From positions 3,457 to 67,456 of the forward strand of contig JBGAFW010000002.1 in the NCBI GenBank assembly GCA_044227045.1: 64,000 nucleotides of DNA. Direction: 5' to 3'. This DNA comes from Labilithrix sp. GTDB lineage: Bacteria; Myxococcota_A; Polyangia; Polyangiales; Polyangiaceae. A model generated the notes under the pieces. That model was given only the letters and a program-made list of their open reading frames with translations, ran no database searches and was not told the DNA's origin. A program made the position numbers and the translations under genes. Positions 56,412-64,000 of the stretch are shown one piece after another. Position 1 is the stretch's first letter. Each line of letters begins with the position of its first letter.

Positions 56412-57404
56412 ATGGTGCATGTTCGATGGCGTCGCGTCGCGCTGTCGTCGGGCGCGCTTCTCGCGATCGTCGCGACCTCGTCGATCGCGCTGGCGGCCGA
56501 CGGCAAAGAGGAGGCCGCCGCCGCCTACGATCGCGGCGCGAGCGCCTATGATCGCGGCGACTTCAAGACGGCCGCGACCGAGCTTGCGCGCGCCGACGAG
56601 CTGGCAGAGAGCGCGGTGACGCTGGAGCTCGCGATCAACGCGGCGATTCGCGCCGACGACGCCGCGCTCGGGATGACGCTCGCCGATCGCGCGACGCGAC
56701 GCAAAGGGACGAGCACCGGCTCGGCGAAGGCCGACTACGCCGCGGAGAACGCACGAAAGAAGCTCGGCGCGAAGGTCGGCAGGCTCAGCGTCGTGTGCCC
56801 CTCGTCTGGCGCGCCGGCGTCTGGCTCGTCACGTTGCACCGCGGCCCTCGATGGCGCGTCGTTCGAGATCGGCAGCGCGAGGTACGTGACCGTCGGGAAG
56901 CATCGGCTCAGCGTCACGCGCGCGAGCAGCGCCGCGCCGGAGCTCTTCGACGTGACGATCGAGCCAGGAAAGACGGTCGAGCTCATCCCGGCCGCCTCGC
57001 CGCCCATCGACGCCAACTCCAAGGGCGCCGCCTCCGCTCCGGTCGCGCCCCGTGACGAACGTCGCGGGCTCTCGCCGGTCTGGTTCTGGGTCGCCGCGGG
57101 CGTGACCGCCGCCGGCGCAGGCGTCTCGGTCGTGTCGGGGCTCGACACGAAGTCGAAGCACGACGCGTTCGTCGCCGATCGGTCGAGCACACAGGCGTCG
57201 AACGACGGCAAGGCGTCGGAGCAGCGCACAATCCTCCTCCTCGCCGGCACCGGCGTCCTCGCGGTGGCGACCGCCGCGCTCGGCCTCTTCGCGGTCGATT
57301 GGCGCGCGTCTTCGAGCGTGGCGTCTTCGGCGCGGCCGAAGCTCGACGTCGCGATCGATCCGAGCCTTCAAGGCGGGCACCTCATGCTCGGCGGCGCGCT
57401 CTGA
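56412..57404 (+). CDS. TPR-like/PEGA-like single-pass membrane protein
   Basis: A signal peptide, a helical region, a PEGA-like segment (GKHRLSVTRASSAAPELFDVTIEPGKTVEL) and a TM segment (VWFWVAAGVTAAGAGVSVV) are present. It ends 3 nt before the kinase start. Confidence 0.55.
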   Translation: MVHVRWRRVALSSGALLAIVATSSIALAADGKEEAAAAYDRGASAYDRGDFKTAATELARADELAESAVTLELAINAAIRADDAALGMTLADRATRRKGTSTGSAKADYAAENARKKLGAKVGRLSVVCPSSGAPASGSSRCTAALDGASFEIGSARYVTVGKHRLSVTRASSAAPELFDVTIEPGKTVELIPAASPPIDANSKGAASAPVAPRDERRGLSPVWFWVAAGVTAAGAGVSVVSGLDTKSKHDAFVADRSSTQASNDGKASEQRTILLLAGTGVLAVATAALGLFAVDWRASSSVASSARPKLDVAIDPSLQGGHLMLGGAL

Positions 57405-57406
57405 TC

Positions 57407-59062
57407 ATGCGAGGCGCCGCCGCTGCGCTCCCGCCGACCTCGCGCTACGAGCTGCTCGCGAAGATCGCGTCCGGCGGGATGGCGACGGTGTACGTCGGGC
57501 GCTCGCGGAGCCGAGGCGGCATCACGCGCCTGTTCGCGGTCAAGCGCGCGCATCCGCATTTGCTCGACGACGCGGTGTTTCGAAAGATGTTTGCGGCGGA
57601 GGCGCGTCTCGCGTCGCGTATCCATCATCCGAACGTCGTCGCCGTGCAAGACATCGAGGAGCTCGACGAAGAGCTGTTGCTCGTCATGGACTACGTCGAA
57701 GGTCTCGCGTTCAGCGATCTTCGCCACGCGTTACGCGGGGTCGATGAGCGCACGCGGATCCGGATCACGAACCGCGTCGTGCTCGACGCATGCGCGGGGC
57801 TCGAGGCGGCCCACGAGCTACGCAATGAAGAGGGCGTGCGCCTCGACATCGTTCATCGCGACGTGTCTCCGCACAACGTCCTCGTCGGCGTCGACGGCGT
57901 GGCGCGCCTCACCGACTTCGGCATCGCGAAGAGCTCGTTTCACACCGGCGGGATGACCGCGACGGGCGGCCTCAAAGGCAAGATCGGGTACATGGCGCCC
58001 GAGTACGTCGAGTCGAGCAAGGCCGAGCAGCGCGCGGACATCTTCGGGCTCGGCGCGGTGCTGTGGGAAGGGCTCACCGGCGAGCGCCTCTTTCAGGCGG
58101 CGACCGAGATCGAGCTGATGAAGATCGTCCTCGCGTGCCGGGTCGACGCGCCGAGCACCCGCACGCGCGCGATCCCCGCTTCGCTCGACGCGGTCGTCCT
58201 TCGCGCGCTCGCGAAATCTCCGCACGCTCGCTTCGCCACCGCGCACGATTTCGCGGAGGCGCTCGAGCACGCGGCGCGAGCGGAGGACCTCCTCGCGTCC
58301 CATCGGGAGGTCGGGCAGTGGGTGGGCGAGGTCGCGCACGACGCGCTCGAGGCGAGGCGCGCGATCCTTCGTCAGAGCCTGAGCGGCGACTCCGCGCCTC
58401 GCGACGAAGACATGCTCGCGGGCTACGAAGGACACGAGCGCACCGCCACGCTCGATCCCGGCGTGGGCTTGGACGCTACCGCGATCGACGAAGCCACGAC
58501 CGTCGCGCTCAAGGGAAGTCGAAGCCAGCCGCTCCCAGAGCCAGCGTCGTTCGTGCTCGAGCCGCACGTCACCGCGTCGGCGTCGATGTCACCGCCGCAG
58601 GCGTACTTCACCGCGACGAGCCTGACCGGCGCGCCATCGCAGGCGCCGCCAGCGACGCGAAGGACCGCCTCGTCCTCCTCGACGTGGATGATACTCGCGA
58701 TCGCCGCGATCACGGTCGTGCTCGTTTGGTTTGGCGCGCGACGCTTCCTAACCCCGTCCGTCACGACGACGTCGTCGGCTACGTCATGGCAGACGCAAGC
58801 TCCTCAGCCGCCGCCGACGCCGTCGATCACGTCCCAGATCGCCACGTCGCAGGTGCCGCCGTCGATCCCCGAGGCGACGCCGGCCAACAAGCCGCAACCG
58901 CCTACGCCCGCGGCGTCTGCCGGCGCGCGATCGCCGAGCGGCGGTCACCGCACGAGCGCGCCATCGAAGCGGCCGCCGAGCTCGCCGGCCACGACGACGT
59001 CACCGAACCCCGACGATCCGCCGTCGCACGCGCCGCCGAATCCTTACAAGGACGCCGGGTAG
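57407..59062 (+). CDS. Ser/Thr protein kinase with C-terminal TM and Pro-rich tail
   Basis: Kinase motifs are present (GGMATVYVG, HRDVSPHNVLV, DFGIAK, GKIGYMAPE), followed by a TM segment (WMILAIAAITVVLVWF) and a Pro/Ser/Thr-rich C-terminus. Confidence 0.85.
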   Translation: MRGAAAALPPTSRYELLAKIASGGMATVYVGRSRSRGGITRLFAVKRAHPHLLDDAVFRKMFAAEARLASRIHHPNVVAVQDIEELDEELLLVMDYVEGLAFSDLRHALRGVDERTRIRITNRVVLDACAGLEAAHELRNEEGVRLDIVHRDVSPHNVLVGVDGVARLTDFGIAKSSFHTGGMTATGGLKGKIGYMAPEYVESSKAEQRADIFGLGAVLWEGLTGERLFQAATEIELMKIVLACRVDAPSTRTRAIPASLDAVVLRALAKSPHARFATAHDFAEALEHAARAEDLLASHREVGQWVGEVAHDALEARRAILRQSLSGDSAPRDEDMLAGYEGHERTATLDPGVGLDATAIDEATTVALKGSRSQPLPEPASFVLEPHVTASASMSPPQAYFTATSLTGAPSQAPPATRRTASSSSTWMILAIAAITVVLVWFGARRFLTPSVTTTSSATSWQTQAPQPPPTPSITSQIATSQVPPSIPEATPANKPQPPTPAASAGARSPSGGHRTSAPSKRPPSSPATTTSPNPDDPPSHAPPNPYKDAG

Positions 59063-59065
59063 CGC

Positions 59066-59716
59066 TTACTTCTTGAAGTCCCACGCGCAGCAGACGATGC
59101 CGCCCGTGAGAGGGATGCGGAGATGCAAGCCGCCGCCGAGCATGAAGAGGCCGGCGTCGGACGGCAGGTGTTGGTAGCCCGCCTCGGCCCACGCCCCGAG
59201 CGCGAGCGCGCCGAACGCGACGCCGAAGTAGAAGCCTTTGTGATCCGCGGTCGCGACGGGCTCACCGTCCGCCGTCCCGAACACCTCGACCGACGCGCGT
59301 ACGAGGCCGGCGTACGCGAGGTTCGGACCTTGCGGAGCGAAGTAGTACTCGGCGCGCGGCCCGACGAACGTGCGCCAGTTCTTCCCGCCCGCGACGCGCG
59401 GCCCGCCTTCGAGGTAGAGGCCGTGCACCGGGATGTGATGGTCGTGCGCTTCGCTCCCGGTCTGCACGTAGCCCGCGCCGACGTCGAGCGGGAAGTCGGG
59501 GTTCGGGATCAAGCTCGCGACGTGCGTGCCGACGTCGAACGTGTACCCCGCGTTGCTTCCTGGCCGAACCTCACCGCCGCCGCTGATCTTCATCGGCGGC
59601 GTGATGAGCGGAAAGCACCCCGACGTGAACGCCGCGCTGGCGAGCAGGGTGAGGAGAGAAAACGGAGGACGAGGCGGCGAAGACGAAGAAGGGGGAGGAG
59701 TGGTCGCCGGCCTCAC
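59066..59716 (-). CDS. putative small lipoprotein (β-rich), GTG start overlapping lepA stop
   Basis: A hydrophobic segment with a lipobox-like FTSGC is followed by a non-Arg-biased roughly 190-aa domain. The start codon is uncertain. Confidence 0.35.
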   Translation of the reverse strand: MRPATTPPPSSSSPPRPPFSLLTLLASAAFTSGCFPLITPPMKISGGGEVRPGSNAGYTFDVGTHVASLIPNPDFPLDVGAGYVQTGSEAHDHHIPVHGLYLEGGPRVAGGKNWRTFVGPRAEYYFAPQGPNLAYAGLVRASVEVFGTADGEPVATADHKGFYFGVAFGALALGAWAEAGYQHLPSDAGLFMLGGGLHLRIPLTGGIVCCAWDFKK

Positions 59717-61533
59717 TGGTCGACTTTGAGAATAGCGAGGAACGCCTTCTGCGGGATCTCCACGTTGCCGACCTGTTTCATGCGCTTTTTGCCCTCTTTT
59801 TGCTTCTCGAGGAGCTTGCGCTTTCGTGAGATGTCGCCGCCGTAGCACTTGGCGGTGACGTCTTTGCGGAGGGCGCGGACGGTCTCGCGCGCGATGATCT
59901 TGCCGCCGATCGCCGCCTGGATGGCGACCTCGTACTGCTGCTGCGGGACGAACTCCTTCAGCTTCTCGGCGAGCGCGCGGCCTCGGTTGTAGGCGCGATC
60001 CTTGTGGACGATGATCGACAGCGCGTCGAGCGGGTCGCCGTTGACGAGCATGTCGACCTTCACGAGCTGGCCGACGCGGTAGTCGATGAACTCGTAGTCC
60101 ATCGAGGCGTATCCGCGCGACACGCTCTTCAGCTTGTCGTGGAAGTCGAAGAGCACCTCGGCGAACGGCACCTCGTAGACGATGATGTAACGGTCCGCGC
60201 TCGGGCACGTCATGTTGACCTGCGTGCCGCGCTTGTCCTGGCAGAGCGTGATGACCGCGCCGACGTACTCCTGCGGCACGTGGACGGTGAGCTTCACGTA
60301 CGGCTCTTCCATCCGATCGATGTACTGCGGGCTCGGGAGCTTCGTCGGATTGTCGACGGTGATCATCTCGCCGTCGGTCTTGAACACGTGATAGACGACG
60401 CTCGGCGCGCTCGTGATGAGGTCGAGGTTGAACTCACGGTCGAGGCGCTCCTGGATGATCTCCATGTGGAGGAGACCGAGGAAGCCGCAGCGGTACCCGA
60501 AGCCGAGCGCCTCGGAGGAGTCGGGCTCGAACGAGAACGCGGCGTCGTTCAGATGGAGCTTCTCGAGCGCGTCGCGCAGCGCCGGGTAGTCGGACGCGTC
60601 CGTCGGGAAGACGCCGGCGAAGACCATCGGCTTCACCTCTTTGAAGCCGGGCAGCGACTCGGTAGCCTCGCGCTTCGTCTGGCTCGCGAGATGCGTGATC
60701 GTGTCGCCGACCTTCGTGTCGTGAACGCTCTTGATGTTCGCGGCGAGGAACCCGACCTCGCCGGGCCCGATTTCTTCGAGCGCGGTCGAGAACGGCGTGA
60801 ACGTGCCGAGCTCGGTGACCTCGTATTGGCCCTTCGTGGCCATGAACTTCACGACGTCGCCCTTCTTCAAGGTGCCGTCGACGACGCGGAACATGACCAT
60901 CGCGCCGCGGTACGTGTCGTACCAGGAGTCGAAGATGAGCGCGCGGAGCGGGGCGTCCTCTTTGCCGTGGGGCGCGGGGATCTTCTTGACGATCTGCTCG
61001 AGGATGTCGGGGACGCCGACGCCCGTCTTGCCGCTGCACGGAACGGAGTCGGAGGTGTCGAGCCCGATGATCTGCTCGATCTCTTGCTTCGTCTTGTCGA
61101 GGTCGGAGGAGGGGAGGTCGACCTTGTTGAGGACGGGAATGACCTCGAGGCCTTGATCGATCGCGAGGTACACGTTCGCGAGCGTCTGCGCTTCGACGCC
61201 CTGTGTGGAGTCGACGACGAGGATGGCGCCTTCGCACGCCGAGAGGCTTCGTGAGACCTCGTAGTTGAAGTCGACGTGCCCTGGGGTGTCGATCAGGTTG
61301 AGCTGATAGACCTCACCATCCTTCGCCGTATACTTCAGGCGGACGTTCTGCGCCTTGATCGTGATCCCGCGCTCACGCTCGATGTCCATCTTGTCGAGGA
61401 ACTGCTCGCGGCTCTCACGCTGCGTGAGCGCGCCGGTGACCTCGAGGATACGGTCGGCAAGCGTCGACTTTCCGTGGTCGATGTGCGCGATGATCGAGAA
61501 GTTGCGGATTTTGGACTGGGGGATCGTGGGCAT
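59713..61533 (-). CDS. lepA: elongation factor 4 (LepA)
   Basis: The N-terminus ([31 protein letters not shown]) is followed by G-domain motifs and a LepA C-terminal domain. The protein is 606 aa. Confidence 0.95.
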   Translation of the reverse strand: MPTIPQSKIRNFSIIAHIDHGKSTLADRILEVTGALTQRESREQFLDKMDIERERGITIKAQNVRLKYTAKDGEVYQLNLIDTPGHVDFNYEVSRSLSACEGAILVVDSTQGVEAQTLANVYLAIDQGLEVIPVLNKVDLPSSDLDKTKQEIEQIIGLDTSDSVPCSGKTGVGVPDILEQIVKKIPAPHGKEDAPLRALIFDSWYDTYRGAMVMFRVVDGTLKKGDVVKFMATKGQYEVTELGTFTPFSTALEEIGPGEVGFLAANIKSVHDTKVGDTITHLASQTKREATESLPGFKEVKPMVFAGVFPTDASDYPALRDALEKLHLNDAAFSFEPDSSEALGFGYRCGFLGLLHMEIIQERLDREFNLDLITSAPSVVYHVFKTDGEMITVDNPTKLPSPQYIDRMEEPYVKLTVHVPQEYVGAVITLCQDKRGTQVNMTCPSADRYIIVYEVPFAEVLFDFHDKLKSVSRGYASMDYEFIDYRVGQLVKVDMLVNGDPLDALSIIVHKDRAYNRGRALAEKLKEFVPQQQYEVAIQAAIGGKIIARETVRALRKDVTAKCYGGDISRKRKLLEKQKEGKKRMKQVGNVEIPQKAFLAILKVDQ

Positions 61534-61672
61534 CGGGATGTCGGCGCGAGCGCCTGACCGTGGAGAGCTGACCGTGAGGCTCGTTCTGGCCGACGTGAGG
61601 AGGAGCGTCTACTCCATAGTCGACCGTGCGCTTGGCCAAAAGGTCTCCGCACGGCAGCGGAGGAACGGTTGA

Positions 61673-61927
61673 CTACTTTTTGCCGCCTGCAGCCACAGAA
61701 GGAGGAGGCGGCTCCGACGCGGTGATGACCTCGGGTGGGCGAGGCGACTCCGTTTGCTCCACCAACGCGAGCTGACCAGGAAGCAGATGCGAGTAGTGAC
61801 GCAGCACCAAGTCGATCCCCTCGCGGATGTACACGGCGACCGGAACCTTCGTGCGCTCGTGAAGGAGCTTAAGCTTGTCGGCTTGCTCCGGCGTCACGTA
61901 GATGGTCGTCGAGATCTTCTTCCGCAT
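61673..61927 (-). CDS. ribbon-helix-helix (CopG-like) small DNA-binding protein
   Basis: The protein is 84 aa. TTIYVTPEQADKLKLLHERTKVPVAVYIREGIDLVL fits the RHH β-α-α pattern. Confidence 0.5.
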   Translation of the reverse strand: MRKKISTTIYVTPEQADKLKLLHERTKVPVAVYIREGIDLVLRHYSHLLPGQLALVEQTESPRPPEVITASEPPPPSVAAGGKK

Positions 61928-62289
61928 GGTCGTGAGTCTTGGGCTCGTTCGTTCTCTACCTGGGTTAACTCGCTTGGTTTCGCGTATTTGAAGACTCGGA
62001 CCCGGGTCTTCTCCTCACGCTTCGTCGTGCACGCTAGTCAGAGATGGCACGGGTCACCAGCCCGTTTGGAGGCTTCTTGCGAAGTCCAATTTTCTGACCT
62101 CATGGATATACACTACGTGAACATACGTGACGGTCAAGGGCGACTGGGACCCATTTCCATGCGCTCCTTTTACCACCTTGTAAGCCGAGTAACCTCGCAG
62201 GTTTGGCCGCTGGTAAGACAACTGCCTACACCTGCGGCGCCGTGGTGGCTTGCTCTCGAGGTAACGGGGCGTTTATCGTGTCAGTCGCG

Positions 62290-63081
62290 ATGACCCGGGA
62301 CCGAATGTTGAAGGCGGCGATGTCGACGCGAGTCGCTGCCGTGGCAGTAACCAGTCTGGGGCTCGCGTTCGCGATCACCATGGGATGTGGTGGCGGCGAG
62401 GGAGGCACGGCGAAGGCGAAGCTCCCGGAAGGGGTTCGGTCCCAAGCGATCGAGCACGAGTCGTGTAGCGAATCAGGACACAAGGTCGAGAGCGTCGACG
62501 TCAACAACGACGGCAAGCCCGATATCCGCCGCGTCTACGACGGCACGCGCGAGATCTGCCGCATCAGTGATCTCAATCACGACGGCAAGCCCGACATGTT
62601 CGAGTACTACGACACGAACGGCCAGCTCCGTCGCCGCGAGGCGGACTACGACGACAACGGCATCGTCAACTCGATCGAGATCTACGAGAACGGCAAGCTC
62701 GTTCGCGCCGAGCTCGACACGACGAACCAAGGCCGGATCGACACGTGGGATACCTTCGATCCCGGCTCGGGCAAGCGCATCAAGCGTGAGCGCGACTCGA
62801 CGGGTGATGGCCGCGTCGACCAATGGTGGACCTACGACGGCGACAAGGTCACGATCGCGATGGACAAGAACGGCGACGGCCTCCCCGACCCCGACTCGCA
62901 AGTGACGATGGGCGGCTCGTCGGGTGGACCTTCCACACCCACCGCGACGGATGCAGGTGCGGCGCCCGCGCCCGCTCCTCCGCCGGAGCCGGCCGCGACC
63001 ACGGCGAGCAAGGACCTCGCGCCCACCACCTCCGATGCAGGAGCACCGAGCGCGCCGAAGCGCGGTGGTGCAAAGCGATGA
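62290..63081 (+). CDS. secreted lipoprotein with D-x-[ND]-x-DGK-x-D…W/Y repeat units
   Basis: A lipobox (ITMGCGG) is followed by five or more about 20-aa repeats (DVNNDGKPDIRRVYD, DLNHDGKPDMFEYYD, DDNGIVNSIEIYENGKL, NQGRIDTWDTFD, DGRVDQWWTYDG). Confidence 0.6.
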   Translation: MTRDRMLKAAMSTRVAAVAVTSLGLAFAITMGCGGGEGGTAKAKLPEGVRSQAIEHESCSESGHKVESVDVNNDGKPDIRRVYDGTREICRISDLNHDGKPDMFEYYDTNGQLRRREADYDDNGIVNSIEIYENGKLVRAELDTTNQGRIDTWDTFDPGSGKRIKRERDSTGDGRVDQWWTYDGDKVTIAMDKNGDGLPDPDSQVTMGGSSGGPSTPTATDAGAAPAPAPPPEPAATTASKDLAPTTSDAGAPSAPKRGGAKR

Positions 63082-63971
63082 ACGCGAACGCAGCGCGAGC
63101 TCGAAGCGAGTCCAAGATGAAGCCCTTCAAGCGTTTGGGGATCCTCGGCGCGACCGCGCTCGCTGCGGCCATGGTCGTGATCGCCTGCGGCGGCGGCGGG
63201 CCCAAAGAAGCCGCGGTGAAGACGCCCACCGCGCCGGGCGGCTCGAAGGATCCGTCGAAGTGGCCCGCCGACGACAAGTCGATGTGCGACTGGCGTAACA
63301 AGCCCGAGCTCGAGGTCTCCGAGACCACCGGACCGGGCGCGCTCAAGCCCAACGTCCGCCGCGTCTACAAGACATTCGGCGAAGGCGAGAACCGCCACAA
63401 GACGCTCGCATGCCGGGAGATCGACACGAACCTCGACGGCATCAAGGACGTCGTCCGCACCTTCAACCAGAAGGGCGAAGCGCTTCATGAAGAGGCCGAC
63501 CGCGACTACGACGGCAAGGTCGACGTGTGGCTCAACTTCGTCGATGGTCGCCTCGCGGAAGAAGACGCCGACACGAACAAAGACGGCAAGCCGGACATCT
63601 GGAAGTTCTACGTGAACGGACAGCTCCAGCGCATTCGGCGCGATCGTAACGGCGACGGCAAGCCGGACGTCTGGGAGATTTACTCGAAGGGTCGCCTCGA
63701 GCGCGTCGGCATGGACGAGACCTACGACGGCCACGTCGATCGCTGGGACCGCGACGAGCAGCTCAAGTACGAAGCGGACACCGCCGAGCGCAAGGCGCGC
63801 GAGCAGATGGACGCGCAACAAGACGGCGGCGCCTCGTCGAGCGCGCCGTCCTCCTTCACCGACAGCAGCAGCAGCAGCAGCAAGGACGCCGGCGCGCCAA
63901 AGAAGGGCGCGACGCCAGCGGGCTCCGCCAAGCCGGCCAAGCCTGCGGCCTCGGCGGCTCCGAAGAAGTAA
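63078..63971 (+). CDS. paralogous repeat lipoprotein (same DxDGKxD-aromatic repeats), Lys/Ala-rich tail
   Basis: It overlaps the upstream stop as ATGA. A signal peptide with a lipobox (VIACGG) is followed by repeats (DTNLDGIKDVVRTF, DRDYDGKVDVWLNFVDGRL, DTNKDGKPDIWKFYVNGQL, DRNGDGKPDVWEIYSKGRL). Confidence 0.6.
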   Translation: MNANAARARSESKMKPFKRLGILGATALAAAMVVIACGGGGPKEAAVKTPTAPGGSKDPSKWPADDKSMCDWRNKPELEVSETTGPGALKPNVRRVYKTFGEGENRHKTLACREIDTNLDGIKDVVRTFNQKGEALHEEADRDYDGKVDVWLNFVDGRLAEEDADTNKDGKPDIWKFYVNGQLQRIRRDRNGDGKPDVWEIYSKGRLERVGMDETYDGHVDRWDRDEQLKYEADTAERKAREQMDAQQDGGASSSAPSSFTDSSSSSSKDAGAPKKGATPAGSAKPAKPAASAAPKK

Positions 63972-64000
63972 GCGCGCGTCAGCGCTTCTTCGCCTTCGCT

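Noticed and set aside
59720-60208. Upstream two-thirds of the 380-aa minus-strand ORF 59066-60208.
   Set aside because: It overlaps lepA in another frame and is Arg-rich. Only the lepA-distal roughly 215 codons look like a real lipoprotein.

Overview
This is a 64-kb, roughly 70% GC chromosomal window of typical Myxococcota (Polyangia-like) character. It carries many Ser/Thr kinases, PEGA, FG-GAP and FHA-sigma54 activator genes, and many lipoproteins. Because of the GC bias almost every real gene has a long Arg-rich antisense shadow ORF, so calls rest on protein-motif content rather than ORF length. The contents, left to right, are as follows. (1) A complete rpoN/PTS-Ntr operon on the minus strand: lptA-like, lptB, a winged-helix gene, rpoN, a hypothetical gene, hpf, ptsN, hprK, rapZ, ptsH, ptsI. 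(2) A TPR-dynamin-like GTPase and a short NFACT protein. (3) A LexA-box-controlled imuA-imuB-dnaE2 mutagenesis cassette. (4) Directly downstream and co-directional, a full-length bacterial homolog of the eukaryotic major vault protein (MVP). It is followed by a GAF-GGDEF cyclase, a PEGA Ser/Thr kinase, a 952-aa FG-GAP protein and a TPR/PEGA membrane protein. This is the most striking locus. (5) A PAP2 phosphatase, accC, a 2-hydroxyacid dehydrogenase, an M16 peptidase pair and a SUKH-like protein. (6) A cluster of secreted Cys-rich, Lys-rich and Gly-rich lipoproteins, a metzincin, an FHA-sigma54 activator and a PEGA/Ser-Thr-kinase pair. (7) lepA, an RHH protein and two tandem repeat lipoproteins. 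A separate observation is a 34-bp palindromic element inserted in-frame as a 42-bp unit into two unrelated genes, in one case flanked by an 8-bp direct repeat. No rRNA, tRNA or CRISPR was seen.
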